A stretch of DNA of 26,341 bases from an uncultured virus (IMG/VR IMGVR_UViG_3300046839_000025) (IMGVR_UViG_3300046839_000025); one strand, 5' to 3'; positions 1-9,288 are shown, counted from the first letter of the stretch. Notes: generated by a model not told the origin, from the sequence alone. Program-made: numbers and translations.

Positions 1-1
1 G

Positions 2-1573
2 CGTCATGACCGTTCCGACACCAACCGCGATCTTTCCGATGACAATGAGAAGTGGCCCAACTGCTGCAGCGATGCCGATTAAAGTGAGAATCAGCCTCTG
101 CGTTGCCGGGTTCATGTTCATGATGGCGTTCATGATCGAGATGAGCTTCTGAAAGAAGCTGGTCAGAACTGGCGCTAATGTCTGGCCGATCGTGACGGTC
201 AGCACGTCAAAGGTGGATTTCAGCTGTTCAATGGTGCCTCCGGTTCCTGACATCAGGGCCTTTGACATCTTTCCAGCAGAACCTCCCGCGTCGTCTAGTG
301 CGTTTCGCAGGGAGCTGACATCTTTTGGTGAAGTCTGAATCAGGGTCAGCCACTTGGACATCTGCTCTTTTCCAAAGATGTTTGACGCAGCTTCCAGTTT
401 TTCCTGGTCGGAAAGACCGGAAAAGGCTTTGTTCAGGTTCTTTAACACATCCGGCATGGATTTGAGCGTTCCGTTGTCGTTAAAGATGGAGTAAGTTTGG
501 CCGGTGGATAATTTCAGCTGGTCCATGGCGGCAGCTCCTGACTTGGCAGGGGAGGCTAGCCGGGCAAGACCAGTCTTTAAGGCGTTCGCACCTTCTGATC
601 CAGAGATACCGGCATTTCCAAACACGTCCGTGATGGTCGCTAAGTCCTTTACATCCCATCCGACCGTCTTACAGATCGGGCCAGCGACAGAAATTGCTTG
701 GAATAATTCCGAGGTGTTGGTGTTTGCTTGCGCCTGAGCCTTTGCCAAAATGTCTGAGTAAGAGGCGGCCTCGGAAGAGTTCGCACCAAACATCTTCATG
801 GCATTTCCAAGGCCTGACGTCACTTCAGAAAGATCAGTACCGGTGCCTGCTGCAAGGTTCATGGCAGGCGTCAGCATGTCTGTTGCCTGTTTGGCGGTGA
901 AGCCCTGGCGGGCAAAGTTCAACGTCGCGTCTGCAGCATCCTGCATTCCAAAGACAGAAGCCTTCGCGGACTCGCTGATCTGGTTCCACAGTCCCTTAAA
1001 ATCTTCTGCAGAGTTTGCTGTACTTCCCATTGTCTGCTTGACCAGGTTAAACTGCTTGTCGACATTGCCGTAGGAGTTGACCGCAGCAGTCGCACCGGCG
1101 ACGACAGGCGCGGTGAAGCCAACCGTCATCTTTTCTCCTGCGTCAGACATCTTTTCTCCGACGCCTTTTACTTTTTCTCCTGCAGCAGCAATTCTCTGTG
1201 AAGAGACTGACCCGAAGCTCTTGGACTCTTTTTCCAGGCTCTTAAGTTTAGACTCTGTCTCGGCAATCTCACGCTGGAGGGCGTCATACTTGTCCTTGCC
1301 GAGACTTCCATTTTCCATCTGCTGTTTGGCCTGGACCTGGGCATTCTTTAATCCTTCGAGCTTCTCTTTCGTCGCATCGATGGATGATTTCAGCAATTTC
1401 TGCTTCTGGGTAAGGAGGGTGGTGTTCTTTGGATCAAGTTTAAGAAGCTTGTTGACATCTTTGAGGGAAGACTGGGTGGTGCGAATCGTGCTATTCACAG
1501 ATTTCAGAGCTTTCTCAAGACCTGTGGTGTTACCGCCGATTTCAACCGTGATTCCTTTGATTCTGCTTGCCAT
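2..1573 (-). CDS. Phage tail tape measure protein (N-terminal part, runs off window; not in ORF track)
   Basis: ATG at 1573 with RBS AGGAGGTG; manual translation MASRIKGITVEIGGNTTGLEKALKSVN...KLLKLDPKNTTLLTQKQKLL... stays open to the window edge; Ala/Gly/Thr-rich TMP core; follows the tail chaperones. Confidence 0.93.
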   Translation of the reverse strand, partial: MASRIKGITVEIGGNTTGLEKALKSVNSTIRTTQSSLKDVNKLLKLDPKNTTLLTQKQKLLKSSIDATKEKLEGLKNAQVQAKQQMENGSLGKDKYDALQREIAETESKLKSLEKESKSFGSVSSQRIAAAGEKVKGVGEKMSDAGEKMTVGFTAPVVAGATAAVNSYGNVDKQFNLVKQTMGSTANSAEDFKGLWNQISESAKASVFGMQDAADATLNFARQGFTAKQATDMLTPAMNLAAGTGTDLSEVTSGLGNAMKMFGANSSEAASYSDILAKAQAQANTNTSELFQAISVAGPICKTVGWDVKDLATITDVFGNAGISGSEGANALKTGLARLASPAKSGAAAMDQLKLSTGQTYSIFNDNGTLKSMPDVLKNLNKAFSGLSDQEKLEAASNIFGKEQMSKWLTLIQTSPKDVSSLRNALDDAGGSAGKMSKALMSGTGGTIEQLKSTFDVLTVTIGQTLAPVLTSFFQKLISIMNAIMNMNPATQRLILTLIGIAAAVGPLLIVIGKIAVGVGTVMT

Positions 1574-1584
1574 GTCTTCACCTC

Positions 1585-1749
1585 CTAAAACCTGTCAAAA
1601 TCTTCCTGCGTCGCAAGCCTTCTATACTTCACTCCGTCATTTGCCTTTTCTGTCCAGATATCAAGGACCAGGCCGATGGAAAGAAGATCAAGATCGCGGA
1701 TGGAAATTCCAATTTCTATGCAGCGCAGAAGAAAAAGCGGGGTGGTCAT
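1585..1749 (-). CDS. Tail assembly chaperone, downstream (gpT-like) frame
   Basis: MTTPLFLLRCIEIGISIRDLDLLSIGLVLDIWTEKANDGVKYRRLATQEDFDRF; -1 frame relative to the upstream chaperone, open across the A7 run; ATGA overlap with the upstream stop. Confidence 0.75.
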   Translation of the reverse strand: MTTPLFLLRCIEIGISIRDLDLLSIGLVLDIWTEKANDGVKYRRLATQEDFDRF

Positions 1750-2120
1750 TTCCCGCTCACTTCTGCGCGTCCTTTTTTTGCCTGGATGTCTGTTACAAGG
1801 TTGCTTCCCCAAAGCTCTAAGATCTCAGGAAGGACCTGATAGATCGAAAACATCTCAAACTGGTCCAGCCATTCGTCGATGGTCCTTGGAATCGTTGGAT
1901 CCGCGTGGTAGGCCATGATATAAGCGACGTTTTCAAAAATCTCAAGGTCATCAATCTCAAGCTCTTCGGAGTCTGTCGTTTTGGCTCGGTAAGACTTTTC
2001 GAGCTTGGAAAGGTCTTTAAAGATATCCCGCTTAAACTTCAGCCGGTAGATTCTTGGAATCGCGGCAGAAGAGCGGAAGGTGACTGGCTTTCCGCTGATT
2101 TCGATTGTCTTTTCAATCAT
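1746..2120 (-). CDS. Tail assembly chaperone (gpG-like)
   Basis: 124 aa between major tail and tape measure genes; ends with in-frame GCA AAA AAA GGA. Confidence 0.8.
   Translation of the reverse strand: MIEKTIEISGKPVTFRSSAAIPRIYRLKFKRDIFKDLSKLEKSYRAKTTDSEELEIDDLEIFENVAYIMAYHADPTIPRTIDEWLDQFEMFSIYQVLPEILELWGSNLVTDIQAKKGRAEVSGK
1773..1779 (-). other. Putative -1 ribosomal frameshift heptamer A_AAA_AAA
   Basis: Seven A's phased X XXY YYZ near the 3' end of the chaperone; the -1 frame reads KKRTRRSEREMTTPLF... Confidence 0.75.
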
Positions 2121-2132
2121 AAGCTTTCTCCT

Positions 2133-2744
2133 TTACTGCCCGGAAGAAGATGTAGAAGACGAGGAAGACGCAGCTTTCTCTGTCGGAACGTAGACTGCTT
2201 TGTACCAGCCATCGTAAACCGTTGCATCCGTGGTGTCTCCAGATCTAGCTTTCACCAGGCCGTCTGATCTTGGGTCTGCTGTGATGGAGAGTTTCTCTGT
2301 TCCAGGCTCGATGGTGTCTTCCTTTGTTTCTGACTCAAGGGATGGACGAGATGCCGTGCAGTAGTAAAGAACGTGGCGAATGGAGTTGACGTCTCCATCA
2401 AACTCAAAGAGAAGGGCAAACTTCACGGTGTCGGTCAGGCCGCTCTTTTCCACCAGCACGCCTTTGCTGTCCAGCTCTTCCTGCAGGATCTCTGTTCGAA
2501 ACCACTCCGGGATTAAAGCAAGCTCAAGGTCACCGGAGTAGCCGTTGTTTGTGATGGATCTAAAGTAGACGATGCCGTCTGCGTAGAAGGCTTTGGTTTC
2601 GCCTTCTGCGTCCAGGCTGATGGAGACAGCTCCTGGGATTGCTTTAGGGGCAGCGTACGTGAAGGTGGTCACTCCGTCCGTTGTGCTTTCCGTCAGCTTT
2701 GCCGCGTAGACATTTTTCAGGTTGTATTTGACTTTATTTCCCAT
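2133..2744 (-). CDS. Major tail protein (phi13-like family)
   Basis: NKVKYNLKNV...IPGAVSISLDAEGE...FYADGIVY...NNGYSGDLELA...FALLFEFDGD; position in the tail module. Confidence 0.9.
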   Translation of the reverse strand: MGNKVKYNLKNVYAAKLTESTTDGVTTFTYAAPKAIPGAVSISLDAEGETKAFYADGIVYFRSITNNGYSGDLELALIPEWFRTEILQEELDSKGVLVEKSGLTDTVKFALLFEFDGDVNSIRHVLYYCTASRPSLESETKEDTIEPGTEKLSITADPRSDGLVKARSGDTTDATVYDGWYKAVYVPTEKAASSSSSTSSSGQ

Positions 2745-2747
2745 AGC

Positions 2748-3065
2748 TTAAACCTCCAATTCATAAAGGACTTCATAGAGCTTTTCGGATTCGATATAGA
2801 CTTCGGTCTTGTTATAAAACAGGCCGCGGCTTGTCAGCACGCGCTCAATATTTTCCTCTTGGTCTGGGTTCTTTTTGTCCGTGTATAGCTCGATGTGAAG
2901 CACGTGGATTTTCTGATAGGCGATGCCGTCTGCCGCGAAGTTGTCGCTCTCAGGAAGAAAAAAGCAGAGAAATGGCGGGGCAGGGGAGCAGCCTTCTTCA
3001 AAATGATCATAGGCAAGGGAAAGTTCCGTTTCTTCCAGCATCTCTACAATCTCGTCATAGGTCAT
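2748..3065 (-). CDS. Phage tail completion/terminator-like protein
   Basis: 105-aa acidic protein directly upstream of the major tail gene; DNFAADG and IELYTDKK motifs. Confidence 0.7.
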   Translation of the reverse strand: MTYDEIVEMLEETELSLAYDHFEEGCSPAPPFLCFFLPESDNFAADGIAYQKIHVLHIELYTDKKNPDQEENIERVLTSRGLFYNKTEVYIESEKLYEVLYELEV

Positions 3066-3066
3066 G

Positions 3067-3450
3067 TCATCCTCCTTTTAGTTTCTGTTTGATTAGCTTT
3101 TCAAGCTCTTCGTTTCCGCGCTGCTCAGCAGGTGCGATGTGAGGCCTGGCCGCGACTCTTCCTCCATTTCGCTTCGCGTGGCCGTGCTCTAAGAGGTGAG
3201 CGATCTGGTAGCGGTTCCTGGAGTGGACGACCAGGTTGATGCTGTTTGCTGATTCACTGACTCGTTTCACCGACCAGGATTTCTTGTATTTTCCGGTCCT
3301 TATCGGAGCAGAATCCCGGATGTCGGTCCTTACGTCCTTAGCGGTTTTCTTTACCGCATCCTTCAGTTCATCCGAAGCAAGAGAAGCGTATTCGTCTAGC
3401 TCTTTCATGATGGCGTTTTCCAGCTGGTCAACTGAGACTTTCTTACTCAT
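3067..3450 (-). CDS. HK97 gp10-family tail component
   Basis: APIRTGKYKKSW...AHLLEHGH...ARPHIAPA motifs; synteny. Confidence 0.85.
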   Translation of the reverse strand: MSKKVSVDQLENAIMKELDEYASLASDELKDAVKKTAKDVRTDIRDSAPIRTGKYKKSWSVKRVSESANSINLVVHSRNRYQIAHLLEHGHAKRNGGRVAARPHIAPAEQRGNEELEKLIKQKLKGG

Positions 3451-3778
3451 AGCTTTTCTCCAGACTGCAGTTAAACTTAATCGAGTTTCGTTTATATCCC
3501 ATTGGGTTTACATAGGTAATGTTGTAGGTTTTTCCTTCAGCCAAAATGCGGAAGTGGGTGGAGTCGACTTTTGACAGCTCCGTGCACCAGCGGCAGGTAA
3601 AATCTAACGTTTCTTCAGGCCGGATGACTTCCATATCGGTTTCTGATCCAGTGGACGACCCGACCGTCGCGTAACAGGCAAAATAATCCGTCCAAGAGGA
3701 GCTTTGATTCTTGTACTTATCCGTTACGATCTCATTCTTTTGAAACAGAATGGGGACTCTGAGTGATGCGATGTTCAT
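3443..3778 (-). CDS. Head-tail adaptor / head closure protein (SPP1 gp16-like)
   Basis: 111 aa, ...FTCRW...FRILAEGKTYNITYVNP; follows the connector gene. Confidence 0.8.
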   Translation of the reverse strand: MNIASLRVPILFQKNEIVTDKYKNQSSSWTDYFACYATVGSSTGSETDMEVIRPEETLDFTCRWCTELSKVDSTHFRILAEGKTYNITYVNPMGYKRNSIKFNCSLEKSYE

Positions 3779-4065
3779 TAAAACTGCTCCTTTCTTACGC
3801 CAAAGAGAAGAGCGCGAAGGGTTTGATTCAGCTCGTTATGGTCGGCTTCTTCCCGGTGCTCGTAGAGGTAGGCGATGCAGTAAAGGATGGCAACGCGCAT
3901 TCGGATCAGAATCTTTTCTTCGTTTGTTTCCCACTCTTCGTCCGTGAATCTTGCGATGTCCTGGACCTGCTTGGTAGCGGAAGAAATGAGGGCTTTTATC
4001 AGGTCATCTTCATCGCTAGAGCTTACGCGAAGATAAGTTTTCGCTTCTTCCAGGGTAATTTCCAT
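3778..4065 (-). CDS. Head-tail connector protein (HK97 gp6-like)
   Basis: ITLEEAKTYLRVSSSDEDDLIKALI...AILYCIAYLYEHRE; directly after the capsid gene. Confidence 0.88.
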   Translation of the reverse strand: MEITLEEAKTYLRVSSSDEDDLIKALISSATKQVQDIARFTDEEWETNEEKILIRMRVAILYCIAYLYEHREEADHNELNQTLRALLFGVRKEQF

Positions 4066-4076
4066 AGAATGCCTCC

Positions 4077-4116
4077 AAACAAAATCTGCTGCCCAAGGAA
4101 AATCCTCAGGCAGCAG
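4077..4116 (-). terminator. Intrinsic terminator/attenuator after the major capsid gene
   Basis: Inverted repeat CTGCTGCC (4086-4093) / GGCAGCAG (4109-4116), followed on the minus strand by ATTTTGTTT. Confidence 0.6.
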
Positions 4117-4122
4117 TAAGCG

Positions 4123-5328
4123 TTAACCTGCGGCCTTTACAGAAAGACCTCTGATGGCTTCTGGAAGGATCAGCTTTCCGTCTACACGTTCAGATGCGAG
4201 GAAGCCAATCTGGCCGTTTGCTGCGTAAAGCTCAGACAGTCTCTTAAAGGATCTTCCCTGACGGTCTGCAATCCAGTAGTAGGAGAAGTCTCCAAAGAGG
4301 ATCGGCACCTTGCCCGCCGCAAGCTCCGGTGCGTAGATGGAAGTTCTATACGGGCGGTTTAAGATGGTGTCCGGCTGACCGGCAACTACGGAGGGCTGCC
4401 AGATATAGTTGTTGTTTCCATCCTTGATCTTGCGAAGGGCCTTGACGGTGGAGTCGTTTAAAATCCAGACCGCGCTGTTTCGATAGACGCTCCGAAGAGA
4501 GTGGAAGACGTCCATCATGGCATCAAAATTGATGCTTGTATTGCTGATTTCAGTCAGGGCTTCCTTATTTGATGCGACTTTGGTAAAGACGCCTTCCGGC
4601 TTCTTGCTTCCGTCTCCAACAAGGAAGGCTTCTTCTTCAGCGGCACCAATACGGCGGGCAAACTCTGTTGAGATGTAACCTTCCAGATCAAAAACCGAGT
4701 CGTTCATCAGTTCTTCGGATACCTTGATCGCCGTTCCCAGCTTGTAGGCAGAAAGCGTGATCTGATCGAAAGTGTCGTCAGACTCCGGGTAAAGCCCGTT
4801 TTCATCCATCCAGGACGCGGTGCCGTGAGAGGCGACGATCGGAATGGTGTGGGTGCCGGTCTGGGTCTGAATCACATGGGCAAGGGAACGGAAGAAGTTC
4901 TCATCGGTCAGGGCCTGAAGAAGCTGCCTCTCATATTCATCCGGGACCAGGTATCCTCCGTTAGCATCTGTTCCAACTTCCAAAACGTTATTGACATCAA
5001 ACCAGTTGCGTCTTCTGATGGAGTCCCAGAAAGCGGTTTTGTAAGCTTTAGAGCTAATTCCTTTCTTCTCTTCTGGCTCTTCTTTTACGCCGGGTTTAGA
5101 GGTAAGCGGGGAAGAGGTCGGCTGATTTAACATCTGATCAATCTGTTCCTGCCTCTGCAGGCGCTCAATGTCTTTTGTCAAATCCGTAACTTCTTTTTCC
5201 ATTTTCTCGTAAGTAGCGGCGTCTTCCTCGGACACGTTTCCACCGTTATCGGAATGGGTATCGAGGAACTCTTTTGCCGCGTTCCAGGCCTTGGCTCTTT
5301 TCTCCATGAGATCTAAAATCTTAGTCAT
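4123..5328 (-). CDS. Major capsid protein, HK97 family
   Basis: N-terminal coiled-coil delta domain, GGYLVPDE, KVSEELMNDSVFDLE, IKDGNNNYIWQP, FGDFSYY, ERVDGK. Confidence 0.95.
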   Translation of the reverse strand: MTKILDLMEKRAKAWNAAKEFLDTHSDNGGNVSEEDAATYEKMEKEVTDLTKDIERLQRQEQIDQMLNQPTSSPLTSKPGVKEEPEEKKGISSKAYKTAFWDSIRRRNWFDVNNVLEVGTDANGGYLVPDEYERQLLQALTDENFFRSLAHVIQTQTGTHTIPIVASHGTASWMDENGLYPESDDTFDQITLSAYKLGTAIKVSEELMNDSVFDLEGYISTEFARRIGAAEEEAFLVGDGSKKPEGVFTKVASNKEALTEISNTSINFDAMMDVFHSLRSVYRNSAVWILNDSTVKALRKIKDGNNNYIWQPSVVAGQPDTILNRPYRTSIYAPELAAGKVPILFGDFSYYWIADRQGRSFKRLSELYAANGQIGFLASERVDGKLILPEAIRGLSVKAAG

Positions 5329-5341
5329 TGTAGTTTCCTCC

Positions 5342-6052
5342 TTAATGTGAGAGAAGCGCCAGGCGCTTCTTTAGTGAATCAACAGGTATCGATGGTGATG
5401 CTGGTTTCTTTGGGGTCAATTTCAGAAGAAGGGAGTCTGTGACGGCTTTTCTTGAAAACAGCATCTCCGGATCCTCTTCTATTTCCGTTTCTCCCTCAGA
5501 AAAGAGAATTTCATCGGCAAAGCCGAGCTTCTTTGCTTCTTTTGCGTTCATCCAGGTTTCGGCGTCCATGAGCTGAGAAATTTTCCGTCTCGAAAGGCTC
5601 GTCTTAATCTCATAGGCGTTTACGATGGATTCTTTGACTTCAGAAAGCATGTCGATCGCTTTCTTCATTTCATCCGAATCTCCAATTGCGACGGTCATCG
5701 GGTTATGGATCATCAGCATGGCAACAGGGCTCATATACACCTTGGTTCCTGCCATTGCGATGACCGAGGCCGCAGAAGCGGCTAAAGCATCGATCTTAAC
5801 CGTAACATCATATGGGTAATCCATCAGCATGTTGTAAATTGAGGCGGCGGCAAAGACGTCTCCTCCAGGGGAGTTGATCCAAAGCGTGATGTTTCCTTCG
5901 CCGTCATCCAGTTCCTCTTTAAACAGCTTCGGCGTGACTTCATCTCCAAACCAGGTTTCATCGGAAATTTCTCCGTTTAGGTAGAGGGTTCTTTCGCTTC
6001 CAAAGGAATCTGGGGTTTCGTTTCTTATCCAGTTCCAGAACTTTCTTGTCAT
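5342..6052 (-). CDS. Head maturation protease, ClpP-related
   Basis: INSPGGDVF, AASAASVIAMAG, MIHNP, ETWMNAKEA; between portal and capsid. Confidence 0.93.
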   Translation of the reverse strand: MTRKFWNWIRNETPDSFGSERTLYLNGEISDETWFGDEVTPKLFKEELDDGEGNITLWINSPGGDVFAAASIYNMLMDYPYDVTVKIDALAASAASVIAMAGTKVYMSPVAMLMIHNPMTVAIGDSDEMKKAIDMLSEVKESIVNAYEIKTSLSRRKISQLMDAETWMNAKEAKKLGFADEILFSEGETEIEEDPEMLFSRKAVTDSLLLKLTPKKPASPSIPVDSLKKRLALLSH

Positions 6053-7383
6053 AAGGCATTTCTCCTTTCATGGATCCTTGCATCTGTCTCTTTCGGCTTC
6101 TCATTTGTTTCTTGCTTCTTTTCACTCTCTTGCTCCTCTGTATTTTGACTCTGCGCAGATGCTGCGAAAATGCCAGCATCCTTGAGCTTGGTCATGTTGC
6201 CGTTGATCAGGTAAAGATCGCCACCTTCTTCTTCCGGGATCCGGTCTAAGTTTTCGAGCTCCCGGATATCGTTTGCGCTCATCCAGCCATTCTGCCTTCC
6301 AACGGCGTAGCCGTTCATACGGCTCTGATAGTCTCCCCGAAGAAGCCCGTCCACGTTGAATTTAAAGAAGTAGTCCTTCTTTTCTTCCGGGCGGAGGAGA
6401 GCACGCTGCATAGACTGCTCCCACCGGCAGACCCAGGGGTCGAGTGTGTATTTTACAAACTCAAGAGACTGCTGCTCAATGTTGCTGAAGCTGGATTTCT
6501 CTAAGTCTCCAATCATATGAGGAGGAATGCGAAAGATCCTAGCAATTTCATCGATCTGAAACTTTCTTGTTTCAAGAAACTGCGCCTGCTCAGGAGAAAT
6601 GGAGATCGGCGTGTATTTCATGCCTTCCTCAAGGACGGCCACCTTGTTCGAGTTGGAAGATCCTCCAAAGGCTGAATTCCAGCTCTGCCGAACGCGCTCT
6701 GGGTCTTTCACAACGCCTGGGTGCTCTAAAATTCCTCCTGGGGTCGCGCCGTTTGCAAAGAACTTGCTTCCATATTCTTCGGTCGCAATGGCTAGGCCGA
6801 TTGCGTTCTTGGCCATTGCGATGGGAGAGTAGCCAACCAGACCGTCAAAGCCAAGTCCCGGGATGTGAAGAACATCACGTGGGGAAAGCCGAACGAGAGA
6901 ACCTTTCATCGTGTGTGCTTCTTCCTGAGAAGTCTGGTACTCATAGTAAAGCTGGCCGGATTGATCCCGGTCGACGGTCATCTTGTTTGGCATCAGAGGA
7001 TAAAGCGCGATGACTTCACCCTTTCCATTTCGGATGATCTGCGCGTAGGCGTTACCCCAAAGGAGTAGGTGGGTCATTAGCGTCTCCCGAAAAACGAAAG
7101 ACGTCATTTCGGGATTTGGCTCATCGTGCAGAACCTGATAAAGTGGGTGGTCGACCGCTTTCTCTTTGGAGCCTTCCTCAGTGTATCGGTAAAGGTGAAG
7201 GGGGAGCCCAGCCACAGCCTCCGAAAGGATCCTGACGCAGGAGTAAACTGCTGTCATCTGCATAGCAGAACGTTCCGTCACTGCTTTTCCTGAGGTCGTC
7301 CCTCCAAAGAAGAAGCGGTACATGCTTCCTGAGGTGGAGTTTTTCAGCTTGTCCCGGCTTTTGAATTTTGAAAAGATACTCAT
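6049..7383 (-). CDS. Portal protein, HK97 family
   Basis: AVYSCVRILSEAVAGLPLHLY, LLLWGNAY, GLVGYSPI, QFLETRKFQIDEIARIFRIPP; start taken at ATG 7383 behind GGAGG. Confidence 0.95.
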   Translation of the reverse strand: MSIFSKFKSRDKLKNSTSGSMYRFFFGGTTSGKAVTERSAMQMTAVYSCVRILSEAVAGLPLHLYRYTEEGSKEKAVDHPLYQVLHDEPNPEMTSFVFRETLMTHLLLWGNAYAQIIRNGKGEVIALYPLMPNKMTVDRDQSGQLYYEYQTSQEEAHTMKGSLVRLSPRDVLHIPGLGFDGLVGYSPIAMAKNAIGLAIATEEYGSKFFANGATPGGILEHPGVVKDPERVRQSWNSAFGGSSNSNKVAVLEEGMKYTPISISPEQAQFLETRKFQIDEIARIFRIPPHMIGDLEKSSFSNIEQQSLEFVKYTLDPWVCRWEQSMQRALLRPEEKKDYFFKFNVDGLLRGDYQSRMNGYAVGRQNGWMSANDIRELENLDRIPEEEGGDLYLINGNMTKLKDAGIFAASAQSQNTEEQESEKKQETNEKPKETDARIHERRNAL

Positions 7384-7394
7384 TCCTACCTCCA

Positions 7395-8993
7395 TTAAAT
7401 AAACAAGATCCCTCTACTGTCATATATTGACTCCCCAGTGTCGTTTCCGCAGCGGATCGCTCGGTCTAAGGACATAACAAGAGCGACGGCTCCGTCGATC
7501 TTCTCGGTGGACTTTTCCTTATCCATCTTGATGTTTCCTGCAGGGTCCGTCCGGACGTAAACGTTATCCATCATCCAGCGGAGGACCGGATGGCCTCCAT
7601 GCGCGATTTTCTGGTCCAGCGTCAGCCGCATCAGCTCCTTGGTGGGGCTACTCATGCTCGAGAAGCCTTGGCCAAATGGCACGACAGTAAATCCCATGCC
7701 TTCCAGGTTCTGGACCATCTGGACGGCTCCCCAGCGGTCAAAGGCAATTTCTCTGATGTTGTATTTTTCTCCAAGGCGCTCGATAAACTTTTCAATAAAA
7801 CCGTAGTGGATGACGTTTCCTTCGGTTGTCTGGATTGCGCCCTGCTTCTGCCAGAGGTCGTAGGGAACGTGATCGCGCCTTACGCGCAGGTCCAGCGTAT
7901 CTTCCGGCAGCCAAAAGTAGGGGAGAACAACGTATTTATCGTTTTCGTCTTCTGGTGGAAAAACCAGAACGAAGGCGGTGATGTCTGTGGTGGAGGAAAG
8001 GTCCAGGCCACCATAACACACACGACCGTAGAGGTCTTCTTCTCTAACTTTAAAGGAGCAGGCGTCCCACTTATCCATTGGCATCCAGCGGACAGACTGC
8101 TTGACCCACTGATCAAGACGAAGCTGCCTGAAGGCGTTTTCTTCCTGGGGATTCTGCTTGGCAGATTCGCAGGCCGCCTTAACTTTGTCGATGTCAATGG
8201 TGACGCCAAGCGACGGGTTTGCTTTTTTCCACACCTCAGGGTCCGTCCAGTCTTCATCCATCGCGGCACCATAGATCACCGGGTAGAAGGTCTCGTCGTG
8301 TTTTCTTCCTTCCAGAATGTCAACGGCTTTCTGGTGTAGCTCATAGCAGATGGAGTTTATGTCGTTTCCTGCAGTCGTGATGATAAAATGCAGAGGATTC
8401 TTTCTTGCGTCTGATGTTCCCTTTGTCATCATGTCAAAGAACTTCCGGTCTTTTTGCACCCAGAGCTCATCAAACACCAGACCGGACACATTCACGCCGG
8501 ACTTTCCCGCAACCTCAGCAGAAACCGCTTTATAGATGCTGTTGGTGGGGCGGAAGTGGATGGTCTTTCGGCTCGGGCGGATATCGCAGTATTTGCTCAA
8601 GGTTTTATGGAGCTTGACCATGTCGCAGGCCACATCGAACACCAGGGAAGCCTGGTCCCGGTCCGCGGCGCATCCGTACACTTCCGCACGCTGCTCACCG
8701 TCTGCACACAGCATGTAAAGAGCCACAGCCGCGGCAAGCTCGCTCTTTCCACATTTCTTTGGAATTTCGATGTAAGCGGTGGTAAACTGCCGGTATCCGT
8801 CTGGCTTAAGGGCGCCGAACAGGTCGCGGATGATCTGTTCCTGCCAGGGCATCAGGTGAAAAGGCTTGTTATAGAAGTCGCCCTTGGTGTGGGAAAGCTG
8901 CTCGATAAACATCACGACTAAATCTGCGGCTGTCTTATCGTAGTGCGAAGTTTTCGCGATAAATTTTGTGGGCTTGTATCTTTCCAAGGTCAT
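7395..8993 (-). CDS. terL: Terminase large subunit
   Basis: LMPWQ, Walker A IPKKCGKS, Walker B LVFDELW, nuclease GGLDLSSTTD and KIDGAVA; start taken at ATG 8993 behind GGAGGG. Confidence 0.95.
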   Translation of the reverse strand: MTLERYKPTKFIAKTSHYDKTAADLVVMFIEQLSHTKGDFYNKPFHLMPWQEQIIRDLFGALKPDGYRQFTTAYIEIPKKCGKSELAAAVALYMLCADGEQRAEVYGCAADRDQASLVFDVACDMVKLHKTLSKYCDIRPSRKTIHFRPTNSIYKAVSAEVAGKSGVNVSGLVFDELWVQKDRKFFDMMTKGTSDARKNPLHFIITTAGNDINSICYELHQKAVDILEGRKHDETFYPVIYGAAMDEDWTDPEVWKKANPSLGVTIDIDKVKAACESAKQNPQEENAFRQLRLDQWVKQSVRWMPMDKWDACSFKVREEDLYGRVCYGGLDLSSTTDITAFVLVFPPEDENDKYVVLPYFWLPEDTLDLRVRRDHVPYDLWQKQGAIQTTEGNVIHYGFIEKFIERLGEKYNIREIAFDRWGAVQMVQNLEGMGFTVVPFGQGFSSMSSPTKELMRLTLDQKIAHGGHPVLRWMMDNVYVRTDPAGNIKMDKEKSTEKIDGAVALVMSLDRAIRCGNDTGESIYDSRGILFI

Positions 8994-9008
8994 TCCCTCC
9001 AGGGCAGG

Positions 9009-9036
9009 CAAAAGAAAAGAACGCCAAAAGGCGTTC
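9009..9036 (-). terminator. Intrinsic terminator just upstream of terL
   Basis: GAACGCC-4 nt-GGCGTTC (9019-9036) followed by TTTTCTTTTG on the minus strand. Confidence 0.65.
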
Positions 9037-9073
9037 CGGGTGTTTTTCTCCATATTACTTTGGTGTTCCTTTG

Positions 9074-9101
9074 GCATGCACATGTATCATTGAAATAGCA
9101 G
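9074..9101 (-). repeat. Degenerate copy of the cassette promoter motif (10-bp internal deletion)
   Basis: CTGCTATTTCAA//TGATACATGTGCATGC aligns to the 10458-10505 copy with GGCTTTAGAG missing. Confidence 0.6.
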
Positions 9102-9126
9102 GACTAGGTTATGAATTTTGCGGGCA

Positions 9127-9153
9127 TAAAAATGACCCGCATTGCTGCGGGCC
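9127..9153 (-). terminator. Intrinsic terminator
   Basis: GGCCCGC-AGCAAT-GCGGGTC followed by ATTTTTA on the minus strand. Confidence 0.6.
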
Positions 9154-9288
9154 AAGAACAAAACCAAATAAATATATTTTAAGTGTCCGACTTAATAGCC
9201 GAGAAAGGACTTAAAAAATGTTCGATATTATTATATCACGAATACCATAAAAATTAAAGCCACGGCAAAAGGAAAATCCTATGTCCGC

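Noticed and set aside
2133..2175. Ser-rich C-terminus of the major tail protein as a frameshift linker to an Ig-like domain
   Set aside because: No slippery site, and only 12 bp separate it from the next gene
9210..9225. Second SOS box (CGAACATTTTTTAA on the minus strand)
   Set aside because: Only a half-site; GTTC is absent
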